Assembly: GCA_009103225.1 (NCBI GenBank)
Contig: RHPI01000446.1
Span: forward strand, 1-64,000
Direction of reading: 5' to 3'
DNA: 64,000 nucleotides
Source of the DNA: Chlorokybus atmophyticus
Taxonomy: Eukaryota; Plantae; Mesostigma and Chlorokybus algae
The position numbers were made by a program, and so were the translations under genes. Under the pieces are notes generated by a model. That model did not search any database and was not told the origin of the DNA. It was given only the letters and a program-made list of their open reading frames with translations. How positions within the stretch are numbered: position 1 is the stretch's first letter; the number at the start of each line of letters is the position of its first letter. Below, piece after piece: positions 1 through 13,460 of the stretch.

Positions 1-3000
1 GTAGGTGCGACTGTGGCAGTGCCCACTCGTGGAAGATCCTGCCATCAAGACAGCAGCACCGGCAGCGCTGACTGCGTCTCCACCCACCAATCGCAGCGAG
101 CCTCCAAGACCCTCAACATCATCTCCACTACCAGCGGCCACCAGTACATGCCCTGCTCCGCTTTCCGAATCGCCTGCACGCACGGTGACGTTGCCGCTGG
201 TACCTGCTACGGACTTGCCGCTGCTGATGAGGACGTTGCCAGAGCTGCTGCCGTCATGCACGCGCTCTGTGGCAAGCAGCAGCTGGCTGCCACCAATGAT
301 GGAGGCGCTTTGCGATGACNAGCTCGACAAGTCCAACTTGCCAATGCTTGAAACAGAAAGACGCACACCTTGCGCATCAGCGATGCCAAATGCCTCCGAG
401 GCTGCAGAAGCGATGGTGTGTGTTTGATTGGCCATCAACACCGATTGCCCGTAAGCACTCAACGTCAGAGCACCGCCAGCCGCGACATCCACGCCCTCAG
501 TCCCAGAGCTGCTCAAGGACACTGCACCTTCCGCGGACACCTTCACAGCAGCAGTGCCTGTGCTGTCCGCGATCGCCGCGTAACTTGCTGCCCCTGAAGG
601 GCTACTCATCACTGTTGTGAGAGCGGTGGCCACCATGCTGCTCGCACCGCCCACCGAGAGGTCAAAGCGTGTAGGGCCTAGGCTGATGCCGCTGTACGAG
701 GGATCGCCAGCGCCCACCACAAGCGTGATGTCGCCAGGCGTGCCGGTTGTTGCGCCGGTGCTAATGACCACATCGCCGCTGTCACCGCTGCACGATGCGC
801 CGCTAGCAATCTCGACAGCACCACTATTGCTGCCCATAGCCGCGCTACCCGAGCGAATGGAGACGTCGCCGCTGCTCATGCCTTCACCGCTGGCCACGAG
901 CACGCCGCCTCCAGCGCCCGCCAGCGCTGACCCGCCCAACAGCTGCACCGAGCCGCCATCACCGCCCAAGGAACCCGCTGAGCTTCCACCGCGGAGCATA
1001 GCCGGACCAGCTGCACCCATGGCTGAAGCTCCACCAGCCAGCTCCAGCATGCCACCGAGGCACGCTTGCGAGCAGCCCTGCTGTATGGCAGTGTAGACAT
1101 CATCATCGATAGTCGCGCCAGCGCAAGTCCTTTGGACTGCTCCGTAGAATGTGCACGCATCGACGCTGCAGCCCCGCTGCACGGCAAGGTATGTTGCCTC
1201 AGGGACAACGAGACCACCGCAAACGTATGGTGCTCCCGTGCAAGTGTTGGAGTTATTGGAAGCACCAGCTGCAACCAAAGCTTTGCCGCCTGATCCGCTA
1301 GTGCCCACACCACCAGCCACGACCACAGCGCCAGCGGCTGCACCGGCGCGCGCGCTTGCGCCTGCTCTGAGGGTAACGCCGCCAGCTAGGGCGCCATCAC
1401 TACCAACCACATGCACGCTGCCAGCAGCTCCCTCATACGCCAGCCCTGATGCGATAACAACATCACCAGAGTCACCTCTGGAAGCTTCACCGCTGCTGAG
1501 CAGAAGACGGCCGGAGCTGCCGCTGTCGGCACTCGTGAAGGTGATGTCGCCGCTGCTGCCGTGCGCATCGCTTGCTGCGCCGCTTGATAGGACAGCAGAC
1601 CCTCCTTTGTCGTAACCTTGACCACCTGTAACGACTACATCACCACCAGTTCCAGCTTGGGATCTGCCTGCGACAAACAAGAGCGCCCCTCCCGTGCCAT
1701 TAGTTGCAGCTGCACCACCAGATACGGACACGCTCCCGCCACTATCCGCAGCTGCATCGCCTGCAGTTATTGCAATGGCGCCACCTATGCCAATTCCGCT
1801 TGTGCCGGCTTCAAGTGCAACTGTGCCAGCTTGCGCTGTAGCAGCACCAGAGCCCACGAAGACCGCCCCACTGCTGCCATGAGTGCTGGCAGCTGAAGCC
1901 ACTGCAATAGACCCGCTGTCACCATGCGATGCGGCACCGCTTTGCACGAGGACAGAACCGCCCGTCTCCTCCATGGCAGCACCACCACGCACGAGTACAT
2001 CGCCTCCAGTGCCATCCACATTGCGTGTTGCTCCTGCAGTCACCACCACTGAACCGCCGTGGCTTGTGTCTCCGGATCCCACAGCCAACAATATGTCACC
2101 TCCTGCCCCGCCGCTGGCACGGCCTGTAGACAATTGCAATGCTCCTGTCGAACCAGCACAAGATGAACCGGTTGTGAGGTCAATGGAGCCACTAACACCA
2201 GCCGGACCGCTATTCTCTGAGCGTATCAGCACAGGGCCGCTCCAGCTGCCGTCATCGCCTTCGCCACTGGAGATCAGAACTGCGCCACCAGGGCCTGAGC
2301 TTGATCTGCCTCCTACGACTGAGACTGCCCCACCCAGGCCATGAGCGTCCCCGATGCCATGCCCACCCCTCAGCAAAATAGAGCCTCCCGCACCAGAGTC
2401 TGAATCGCCGCCAGCAATCTGTGCATGACCGCCCATGCAGCTCTGCGTGCACCCTGCCATGACTGCATCGTACATGCCGCCATCAACAACTTCCTCGCCA
2501 CATGTGTACATTGCCGTGCCGTAGAAGGAGCAGTCTTTTTCACATCCAAGGCTTATAAACCTATACACAGCAGCTGGCACCATCAAACCGCCACAGTTGT
2601 ACTCGGCAAGGTTGCAGTCGCCTTCGCCGCTGCTATGGCCTCCTTGCACAACTACTCGACCTGCATGCCCTGTACTGCTTCCACCAGCCATGAGATGCAC
2701 AGCTCCACCAGGTAAGGTTCCGAAACTACTGCCCGCAGAAACATGGACGTCTCCACCTGCACCCATCTCGCTGCTCCCAGCAGAAACCTCAACATCACCA
2801 GCTCGCGCATTCATGGAGGCGCCAGTCTGCAGTACCAAAGAGCCAGTCCTGCCGTGCTGCTGTGGCGTAGCCACAGTTATGTTGGCGCCCTCGATTGAAC
2901 CACTGCGCCCGCTGCTGAGAAAGACAGCACCGCCGACACCATGGGTGGCATTGCCGGCAGCAATGGAAACCGCTCCACCAGCACCATGCAAGGATTCACT

Positions 3001-6000
3001 AGTGCCGGCTGTGATGGTGACATTACCGCTGTCCCCAGCATCGCTGCTCCCTGTAGCGATGTGGATGCTACCGGAGCTGGCTTGGGAGTCTCCCGTGCGC
3101 ATGTCAAGGGCGCCACTAGGCGTGTCCGCAGCTACAACGGTGGCGGAGGCGATGGACACGTTACCGCTGCCGGCTGTGCCCCGCCCTTGACCGCTGAGGA
3201 TACGCACAGCACCACCGCTGCCAGAGCCCGTGCCCACAAATGCACCGCCCCTGACAAGCGTGTCACCGCCTTGGCCGCTCATGGCGGAGCCGCCACTGAC
3301 TTCGACTGCTCCGCCACCGCACGCGCTTGTGCAGCCGCTGGCGACGGCGTCAAAGGCTTCGCGATCGAGCATCACTCCATCTCCGCACATGATGTCATCA
3401 CCACCAGCACCGTAGAAGGCGTAGTCCACGCTGCAGCCGCTGTGGAAGGCAGCCATGACCTCCTCGGACACTACCATCCCGGAGCAATTGTACGTAAGCG
3501 TGGCACAAGGTGTCGCACTGCTTCGAGCACCTCCAGTGAGAGAAACAGTGCCTGCTGTGCCGGATGGAGTGGTGCCGCCGAGCAATGCAACCGTGCCACC
3601 GATTGATTCAAGTACAGCCATCCCGTCAGCGGACATGCGCAATTGCGGGGTGCTCACGTCAACCTCGCCTTCACCACCAACGCGTACGCGCGTGCTCCCC
3701 TGCGCATCCTTCACAGCAACATACCCGCTGTGTTCGGCAGTGGCAAGGGTGATGTTGCCACCGCTGCGCATGCCGATGTTGCGCTCGGTGGCCGTCGTGA
3801 CAAAGACGGTGCCATTGCCATGCACTTGCACAGGTATGCCGCCACTGTAGTCCTCAATGCCAGCAATACTCATGGTAGACGCCGTGCGCAGCGCTGTGCG
3901 CGTGTGCGACACACTGAGCGCAAGGTTGTCCTCCAAAGAGTAAGCCAGACCACCAGCCGTGAGTTGTAGCCTGCTAGGGCTAGCGCTGAATGCAGAGCCC
4001 GCACCAACTTGTAGGCTGATGCTGCCAGGCGCACCCTCAGTGCCACCCGTTTGTAGTGCGATGTTGCCGCTTTCACCCGAGCATGATGCACCAGTCTCAA
4101 GAAGTACGTCTCCAGAGCGACCGCTTGACGGGCTTGAGCCAGATCGCACGATGACTGCGCCAGATATGTCTCCATCTCCGCTAGCAACCAACACGCTGCC
4201 GCCAGCACCTGACTTGGAGCTGCCAGCTCGCAGCATGGCAAGTCCGCCAGCTGCATGCAAAGCATCACCACCAGTGATGGCCACGGCACCGCCGCCACAC
4301 CTAGACGTGCAGCCAGCAAGAGCAGCAGCGTACATGGCTTCGTCAACAACATGATCGCCACAATGCCGCTGTGTGACGCCGTAGAACTCGCAACTGCTCT
4401 CGCACCCTGCCATGATGGCCTGGTGCACAGCATGAGACATGATAATGCCAGAGCAGTTGTACTCCAGCGTGCAATCGTCAGCGGTTGCTTCGCCTGCCGA
4501 GATAAGTACAGAACTTCCCGCAAGAGTGCCATGCATGCCGGTGATCTCAACCAAGGAAGCACTGAGAGTTGCACCGTCAGAAGCCAGGCGCAACCAAGCA
4601 TTCTCGTCGGTGCTGCTTGCCATGACCAAGCCAGCTGTCACGTTCACTTGGGAAGTTCCCGCAAGAACGGTGGTAGTGGCTGAAGCTGTGAACATATCAT
4701 CACTGACAAGCTGCATGTGACTAGAGGCATCCAAGCCAACAGTGCCGTTGCCACCCACTCGTACGCGTGTGATGCCCGAAGCGTCGGCTACAGCGACGTA
4801 GCCACTCTGTTGAGCAACAGCAAGCGCCATATTCCTGCCACTGTTGATGGAAATGTCGCGCTCCCCGCTGGTTGAGACTGAGACTGTGCCATTGCTGTAC
4901 ACCTTGATCGGCATGTTGCCATTAACATCCTCAATGCCAGCCAAACCAGACACGGAGGGAGTGCGGAGCGCTGCACGCGAAGACGATGCGTGGAGAGCAA
5001 TGCCGTTGTCCACAGTGTAGACAAGTTCTTCCTCAGCCAGCTGAAGCTTGCTGCGGCCTGCAACAGACATAGACGCCGAGCCCTCAGACAGCTCCAGATC
5101 CGTTGCTGAGGTGCCCACCACCAAGCTTATGTTGCCGGCAGCACCGCTACTGGCACCAGTTTGAAGGGAGATGTGCCCTGTATCTCCTGAGCATGACGAG
5201 CCAGTGCTCAATGCGAGAGAGCCGCTCGCAGCATCAAGGGCGCCGCTCGCCGATCTCAGCACCACATCACCGCTGCTCAGGCCTGCGCCGCCACCACCGC
5301 TTGTGATAATCACCTCACCTCCCAACCCGAGAGCTGAGCTGCCGCCTGAAACGAGGGCTACGCCGCCATTGCCAGCCATTGCATGACCACCACCGACTGA
5401 AACAGCACCACCCGCACAGCGCGGCGTGCAACCCAATGAGACAGCATGTACTATATCGGCATCAACAAGCATGGACGCTGTGCCACACAGGTGCTGGTCA
5501 GCACCATAGAACGAGCAGCCGCCGTCGCACCCCTCGATAACAGCTCTGTACACATCAGGCTCCACGTCCATGCCACCGCACAAGTAGGTGCGACTGTGGC
5601 AGTGCCCACTCGTGGAAGATCCTGCCATCAAGACAGCAGCACCGGCAGCGCTGACTGCGTCTCCACCCGTCAAGTGCAGCGAGCCTCCGAGACCCTCAAC
5701 ATCATCTCCACTACCAGCGGCCACCAGTACATGCCCTGCTCCGCTTTCCGAATCGCCTGCACGCACGGTGACGTTGCCGCTGGTACCTGCTACGGACTTG
5801 CCGCTGCTGATGAGGACGTTGCCAGAGCTGCTGCCGTCATGCACGCGCTCTGTGGCAAGCAGCAGCTGGCTGCCACCAATGATGGAGGCGCTTTGCGATG
5901 ACGCGCTCGACAAGTCCAACTTGCCAGTGCTTGAAACAGAAAGACGCACACCTTGCGCATCAGCGATGCCAAACGCCTCCGAGGCTGCAGAAGCGATGGT

Positions 6001-9000
6001 GTGTGTCTGATTGGCCATCAACACCGATTGCCCGTAAGCACTCAACGTCAGAGCACCGCCAGCCGCGACATCCACGCCCTCAGTCCCAGAGCTGCTCAAG
6101 GACACTGCACCTTCCGCGGACACCTTCACAGCAGCAGTGCCTGTGCTGTCCGCGATCGCCGCGTAACTTGCTGCCCCTGAAGGGCTACTCATCACTGTTG
6201 TGAGAGCGGTGGCCACCATGCTGCTCGCACCGCCCACCGAGAGGTCAAAGCGTGTAGGGCCTAGACTGATGCCGCTGTACGAGGGATCGCCAGCGCCCAC
6301 CACAAGCGTGATGTCGCCAGGCGTGCCGGTTGTTGCACCGGTGCTAATGACAACATCGCCGCTGTCACCGCTGCACGATGCGCCGCTAGCAATCTCGACA
6401 GCACCACTATTGCTGCCCATAGCCGCGCTACCCGAGCGAATGGAGACGTCGCCGCTGCTCACGCCTTCACCGCTGGCCACGAGCACGCCGCCTCCAGCGC
6501 CCGCCAGCGCTGACCCGCCCAACAGCTGCACCGAGCCGCCATCACCGCCCAAGGAACCCGCTGAGCTTCCACCGCGGAGCACAGCCGGACCAGCTGCACC
6601 CATGGCTGAAGCTCCACCAGCCAGCTCCAGCATGCCACCGAGGCACGCTTGCGAGCAGCCCTGCTGTATGGCAGTGTAGACATCATCATCGATAGTCACG
6701 CCAGCGCAAGTCCTTTGGACTGCTCCGTAGAATGTGCACGCATCGACGCTGCAGCCCCGCTGCACGGCAAGGTATGTTGCCTCAGGGACAACAAGACCAC
6801 CGCAAACGTACGGTGCTCCCATGCAAGTGTTGGAGTTGTTGGAAGCACCAGCTGCAACCAAAGCTTTGCCACCTGATCCGCTAGTGCCCACACCACCAGC
6901 CACGACCACAGCGCCAGCGGCTGCACCGGCGCGCGCGCTTGCGCCTGCTCTGAGGGTAACGCCGCCAGCTAGGGCGCCATCACTACCGACCACATGCACG
7001 CTGCCAGCAGCTCCCTCATACGCCAGCCCTGATGCGATAACAACATCACCAGAGTCACCGCTGGAAGCTTCACCGCTGCTGAGCAGAAGACGGCCGGAGC
7101 TGCCGCTGTCGGCACTCGTGAAGGTGATGTCGCCGCTGCTGCCGTGCACATCGCTTGCTGCTCCGCTCGACACCACGACGGCTCCTCCATGGTTGACTGA
7201 AGAGCCGGCCTTGATTGCCACTGTTCCACCATGACCGCTTGACGAAGTCGTGTTTCCTGCCTGCAATAGCAGCGCCCCTCCGCTGCCAGTGTCTCCTGTG
7301 CCTGCCGATATGGACACGGGCCCGCCCGCGCCGCCCACAGCAGCACCCGATGCGATAGACACAAGTCCTGATGAAGCACTAAGGCTTGAGCCCGTTTGCA
7401 GCAAGATTGCTCCCGTGCTGGAGCCTGTACCAGCCGTTGTTGTGCTCACGATGATGCTGCCAGAAGCACCATGTGAGCTGCTGCCACTGCTCAGTGTGAT
7501 GCTGCCTCCTTCCAGACTGGCCGCACCCACCGACGAGGCTTGCATCGAGTCACCTGCCGCCACGAGAACATCACCACCGTCGGCACCGTTCCCAGCCAGC
7601 AGCTGCAAGGCACCACNGTTGCCGTCCACTTGCTGCGCCGCTTGATAGGACAGCAGACCCTCCTTTGTCGTAACCTTGACCACCTGTAACGACTACATCA
7701 CCACCAGTTCCAGCTTGGGATCTGCCTGCGACAAACAAGAGCGCCCCTCCCGTGCCATTAGTTGCAGCTGCACCACCAGATACGGACACGCTCCCGCCAC
7801 TATCCGCAGCTGCATCGCCTGCAGTTATTGCAATGGCGCCACCTATGCCAATTCCGCTTGTGCCGGCTTCAAGTGCAACTGTGCCAGCTTGCGCTGTAGC
7901 AGCACCAGAGCCCACGAAGACCGCCCCACTGCTGCCATGAGTGCTGGCAGCTGAAGCCACTGCAATAGACCCGCTGTCACCATGCGATGCGGCACCGCTT
8001 TGCACGAGGACAGAACCGCCCGTCTCCTCCATGGCAGCACCACCACGCACGAGTACATCGCCTCCAGTGCCATCCACATTGCGTGTTGCTCCTGCAGTCA
8101 CCACCACTGAACCGCCGTGGCTTGTGTCTCCGGATCCCACAGCCAACAATATGTCACCTCCTGCCCCGCCGCTGGCACGGCCTGTAGACAATTGCAATGC
8201 TCCTGTCGAACCAGCACAAGATGAACCGGTTGTGAGGTCAATGGAGCCACTAACACCAGCCGGACCGCTATTCTCTGAGCGTATCAGCACAGGGCCGCTC
8301 CAGCTGCCGTCATCGCCTTCGCCACTGGAGATCAGAACTGCGCCACCAGGGCCTGAGCTTGATCTGCCTCCTACGACTGAGACTGCCCCACCCAGGCCAT
8401 GAGCGTCCCCGATGCCATGCCCACCCCTCAGCAAAATAGAGCCTCCCGCACCAGAGTCTGAATCGCCGCCAGCAATCTGTGCATGACCGCCCATGCAGCT
8501 CTGCGTGCACCCTGCCATGACTGCATCGTACATGCCGCCATCAACAACTTCCTCGCCACATGTGTACATTGCCGTGCCGTAGAAGGAGCAGTCTTTTTCA
8601 CATCCAAGGCTTATAAACCTATACACAGCAGCTGGCACCATCAAACCGCCACAGTTGTACTCGGCAAGGTTGCAGTCGCCTTCGCCGCTGCTATGGCCTC
8701 CTTGCACAACTACTCGACCTGCATGCCCTGTACTGCTTCCACCAGCCATGAGATGCACAGCTCCACCAGGTAAGGTTCCGAAACTACTGCCCGCAGAAAC
8801 ATGGACGTCTCCACCTGCACCCATCTCGCTGCTCCCAGCAGAAACCTCAACATCACCAGCTCGCGCATTCATGGAGGCGCCAGTCTGCAGTACCAAAGAG
8901 CCAGTCCTGCCGTGCTGCTGTGGCGTAGCCACAGTTATGTTGGCGCCCTCGATTGAACCACTGCGCCCGCTGCTGAGAAAGACAGCACCGCCGACACCAT

Positions 9001-12000
9001 GGGTGGCATTGCCGGCAGCAATGGAAACCGCTCCACCAGCACCATGCAAGGATTCACTAGTGCCGGCTGTGATGGTGACATTACCGCTGTCCCCAGCATC
9101 GCTGCTCCCTGTAGCGATGTGGATGCTACCGGAGCTGGCTTGGGAGTCTCCCGTGCGCATGTCAAGGGCGCCACTAGGCGTGTCCGCAGCTACAACGGTG
9201 GCGGAGGCGATGGACACGTTACCGCTGCCGGCTGTGCCCCGCCCTTGACCGCTGAGGATACGCACAGCACCACCGCTGCCAGAGCCCGTGCCCACAAATG
9301 CACCGCCCCTGACAAGCGTGTCACCGCCTTGGCCGCTCATGGCGGAGCCGCCACTGACTTCGACTGCTCCGCCACCGCACGCGCTTGTGCAGCCGCTGGC
9401 GACGGCGTCAAAGGCTTCGCGATCGAGCATCACTCCATCTCCGCACATGATGTCATCACCACCAGCACCGTAGAAGGCGTAGTCCACGCTGCAGCCGCTG
9501 TGGAAGGCAGCCATGACCTCCTCGGACACTACCATCCCGGAGCAATTGTACGTAAGCGTGGCACAAGGTGTCGCACTGCTTCGAGCACCTCCAGTGAGAG
9601 AAACAGTGCCTGCTGTGCCGGATGGAGTGGTGCCGCCGAGCAATGCAACCGTGCCACCGATTGATTCAAGTACAGCCATCCCGTCAGCGGACATGCGCAA
9701 TTGCGGGGTGCTCACGTCAACCTCGCCTTCACCACCAACGCGTACGCGCGTGCTCCCCTGCGCATCCTTCACAGCAACATACCCGCTGTGTTCGGCAGTG
9801 GCAAGGGTGATGTTGCCACCGCTGCGCATGCCGATGTTGCGCTCGGTGGCCGTCGTGACAAAGACGGTGCCATTGCCATGCACTTGCACAGGTATGCCGC
9901 CACTGTAGTCCTCAATGCCAGCAATACTCATGGTAGACGCCGTGCGCAGCGCTGTGCGCGTGTGCGACACACTGAGCGCAAGGTTGTCCTCCAAAGAGTA
10001 AGCCAGACCACCAGCCGTGAGTTGTAGCCTGCTAGGGCTAGCGCTGAATGCAGAGCCCGCACCAACTTGTAGGCTGATGCTGCCAGGCGCACCCTCAGTG
10101 CCACCCGTTTGTAGTGCGATGTTGCCGCTTTCACCCGAGCATGATGCACCAGTCTCAAGAAGTACGTCTCCAGAGCGACCGCTTGACGGGCTTGAGCCAG
10201 ATCGCACGATGACTGCGCCAGATATGTCTCCATCTCCGCTAGCAACCAACACGCTGCCGCCAGCACCTGACTTGGAGCTGCCAGCTCGCAGCATGGCAAG
10301 TCCGCCAGCTGCATGCAAAGCATCACCACCAGTGATGGCCACGGCACCGCCGCCACACCTAGACGTGCAGCCAGCAAGAGCAGCAGCGTACATGGCTTCG
10401 TCAACAACATGATCGCCACAATGCCGCTGTGTGACGCCGTAGAACTCGCAACTGCTCTCGCACCCTGCCATGATGGCCTGGTGCACAGCATGAGACATGA
10501 TAATGCCAGAGCAGTTGTACTCCAGCGTGCAATCGTCAGCGGTTGCTTCGCCTGCCGAGATAAGTACAGAACTTCCCGCAAGAGTGCCATGCATGCCGGT
10601 GATCTCAACCAAGGAAGCACTGAGAGTTGCACCGTCAGAAGCCAGGCGCAACCAAGCATTCTCGTCGGTGCTGCTTGCCATGACCAAGCCAGCTGTCACG
10701 TTCACTTGGGAAGTTCCCGCAAGAACGGTGGTAGTGGCTGAAGCTGTGAACATATCATCACTGACAAGCTGCATGTGACTAGAGGCATCCAAGCCAACAG
10801 TGCCGTTGCCACCCACTCGTACGCGTGTGATGCCCGAAGCGTCGGCTACAGCGACGTAGCCACTCTGTTGAGCAACAGCAAGCGCCATATTCCTGCCACT
10901 GTTGATGGAAATGTCGCGCTCCCCGCTGGTTGAGACTGAGACTGTGCCATTGCTGTACACCTTGATCGGCATGTTGCCATTAACATCCTCAATGCCAGCC
11001 AAACCAGACACGGAGGGAGTGCGGAGCGCTGCACGCGAAGACGATGCGTGGAGAGCAATGCCGTTGTCCACAGTGTAGACAAGTTCTTCCTCAGCCAGCT
11101 GAAGCTTGCTGCGGCCTGCAACAGACATAGACGCCGAGCCCTCAGACAGCTCCAGATCCGTTGCTGAGGTGCCCACCACCAAGCTTATGTTGCCGGCAGC
11201 ACCGCTACTGGCACCAGTTTGAAGGGAGATGTGCCCTGTATCTCCTGAGCATGACGAGCCAGTGCTCAATGCGAGAGAGCCGCTCGCAGCATCAAGGGCG
11301 CCGCTCGCCGATCTCAGCACCACATCACCGCTGCTCAGGCCTGCGCCGCCACCACCGCTTGTGATAATCACCTCACCTCCCAACCCGAGGGCTGAGCTGC
11401 CGCCTGAAACGAACGCTACACCGCCATTGCCAGCCATTGCATGACCACCACCGACTGAAACAGCACCACCCGCACAGCGCGGCGTGCAACCCAATGAGAC
11501 AGCATGTACTATATCGGCATCAACAAGCATGGACGCTGTGCCACACAGGTGCTGGTCAGCACCATAGAACGAGCAGCCGCCGTCGCACCCCTCGATAACA
11601 GCTCTGTACACATCAGGCTCCACGTCCATGCCACCGCACAAGTAGGTGCGACTGTGGCAGTGCCCACTCGTGGAAGATCCTGCCATCAAGACAGCAGCAC
11701 CGGCAGCGCTGACTGCGTCTCCACCCGTCAAGTGCAGCGAGCCTCCGAGACCCTCAACATCATCTCCACTACCAGCGGCCACCAGTACATGCCCTGCTCC
11801 GCTTTCCGAATCGCCTGCACGCACGGTGACGTTGCCGCTGGTACCTGCTACGGACTTGCCGCTGCTGATGAGGACGTTGCCAGAGCTGCTGCCGTCATGC
11901 ACGCGCTCTGTGGCAAGCAGCAGCTGGCTGCCACCAATGATGGAGGCGCTTTGCGATGACGCGCTCGACAAGTCCAACTTGCCAGTGCTTGAAACAGAAA

Positions 12001-13460
12001 GACGCACACCTTGCGCATCAGCGATGCCAAACGCCTCCGAGGCTGCAGAAGCGATGGTGTGTGTCTGATTGGCCATCAACACCGATTGCCCGTAAGCACT
12101 CAACGTCAGAGCACCGCCAGCCGCGACATCCACGCCCTCAGTCCCAGAGCTGCTCAAGGACACTGCACCTTCCGCGGACACCTTCACAGCAGCAGTGCCT
12201 GTGCTGTCCGCGATCGCCGCGTAACTTGCTGCCCCTGAAGGGCTACTCATCACTGTTGTGAGAGCGGTGGCCACCATGCTGCTCGCACCGCCCACCGAGA
12301 GGTCAAAGCGTGTAGGGCCTAGACTGATGCCGCTGTACGAGGGATCGCCAGCGCCCACCACAAGCGTGATGTCGCCAGGCGTGCCGGTTGTTGCACCGGT
12401 GCTAATGACAACATCGCCGCTGTCACCGCTGCACGATGCGCCGCTAGCAATCTCGACAGCACCACTATTGCTGCCCATAGCCGCGCTACCCGAGCGAATG
12501 GAGACGTCGCCGCTGCTCACGCCTTCACCGCTGGCCACGAGCACGCCGCCTCCAGCGCCCGCCAGCGCTGACCCGCCCAACAGCTGCACCGAGCCGCCAT
12601 CACCGCCCAAGGAACCCGCTGAGCTTCCACCGCGGAGCACAGCCGGACCAGCTGCACCCATGGCTGAAGCTCCACCAGCCAGCTCCAGCATGCCACCGAG
12701 GCACGCTTGCGAGCAGCCCTGCTGTATGGCAGTGTAGACATCATCATCGATAGTCACGCCAGCGCAAGTCCTTTGGACTGCTCCGTAGAATGTGCACGCA
12801 TCGACGCTGCAGCCCCGCTGCACGGCAAGGTATGTTGCCTCAGGGACAACAAGACCACCGCAAACGTACGGTGCTCCCATGCAAGTGTTGGAGTTGTTGG
12901 AAGCACCAGCTGCAACCAAAGCTTTGCCACCTGATCCGCTAGTGCCCACACCACCAGCCACNCCCACATCCAAGGCTTATAAACCTATACACAGCAGCTG
13001 GCACCATCAAACCGCCACAGTTGTACTCAGCAAGGTTACAGTCGCCCTGGCCGCTGCTATGGCCTCCTTGCACAACTACTTGACCTGCATGCCCCGTGCT
13101 GCTTCCACCAGCCATGAGATGCACAGCTCCACCAGGTAAGGTTCCGAAACTACTGCCTGCAGAAACATGGACGTCTCCACCTGCACCCATCTCGCTGCTC
13201 CCAGCAGAAACCTCAACATCACCAGCTCGTGCATTCAAGGAGGCGCCAGTCTGCAGTACCAAAGAGCCAGTCTTGCCATGCTGCTGTGGTGTAGCCACAG
13301 TTATGTTGGCGCCCTCGATTGAACCACTGCGCCCGCTGCTGAGAAAGACAGCACCGCCGACACCGTGGGTGGCATTGCCGGCAGCAATGGAAACCGCTCC
13401 ACCAGCACCATGCAAGCATTCACTAGTGCCGGCTGTGATGGTGACATTACCGCCGTCCCC
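1..13460. repeat. Intragenic multi-kb tandem duplication (periods 5583 and 6058 bp)
   Basis: Sequence at 1 recurs at 5584 and 11642. About 1574-6900 matches 7632-12960 with essentially identical six-frame ORFs. 12963-13460 is a diverged copy of ~2542-3040. Confidence 0.95.

Noticed and set aside
320-320. N at 320 as another frameshift or join
   Set aside because: Alignment to 5903 shows it occupies a real base position with no length change.
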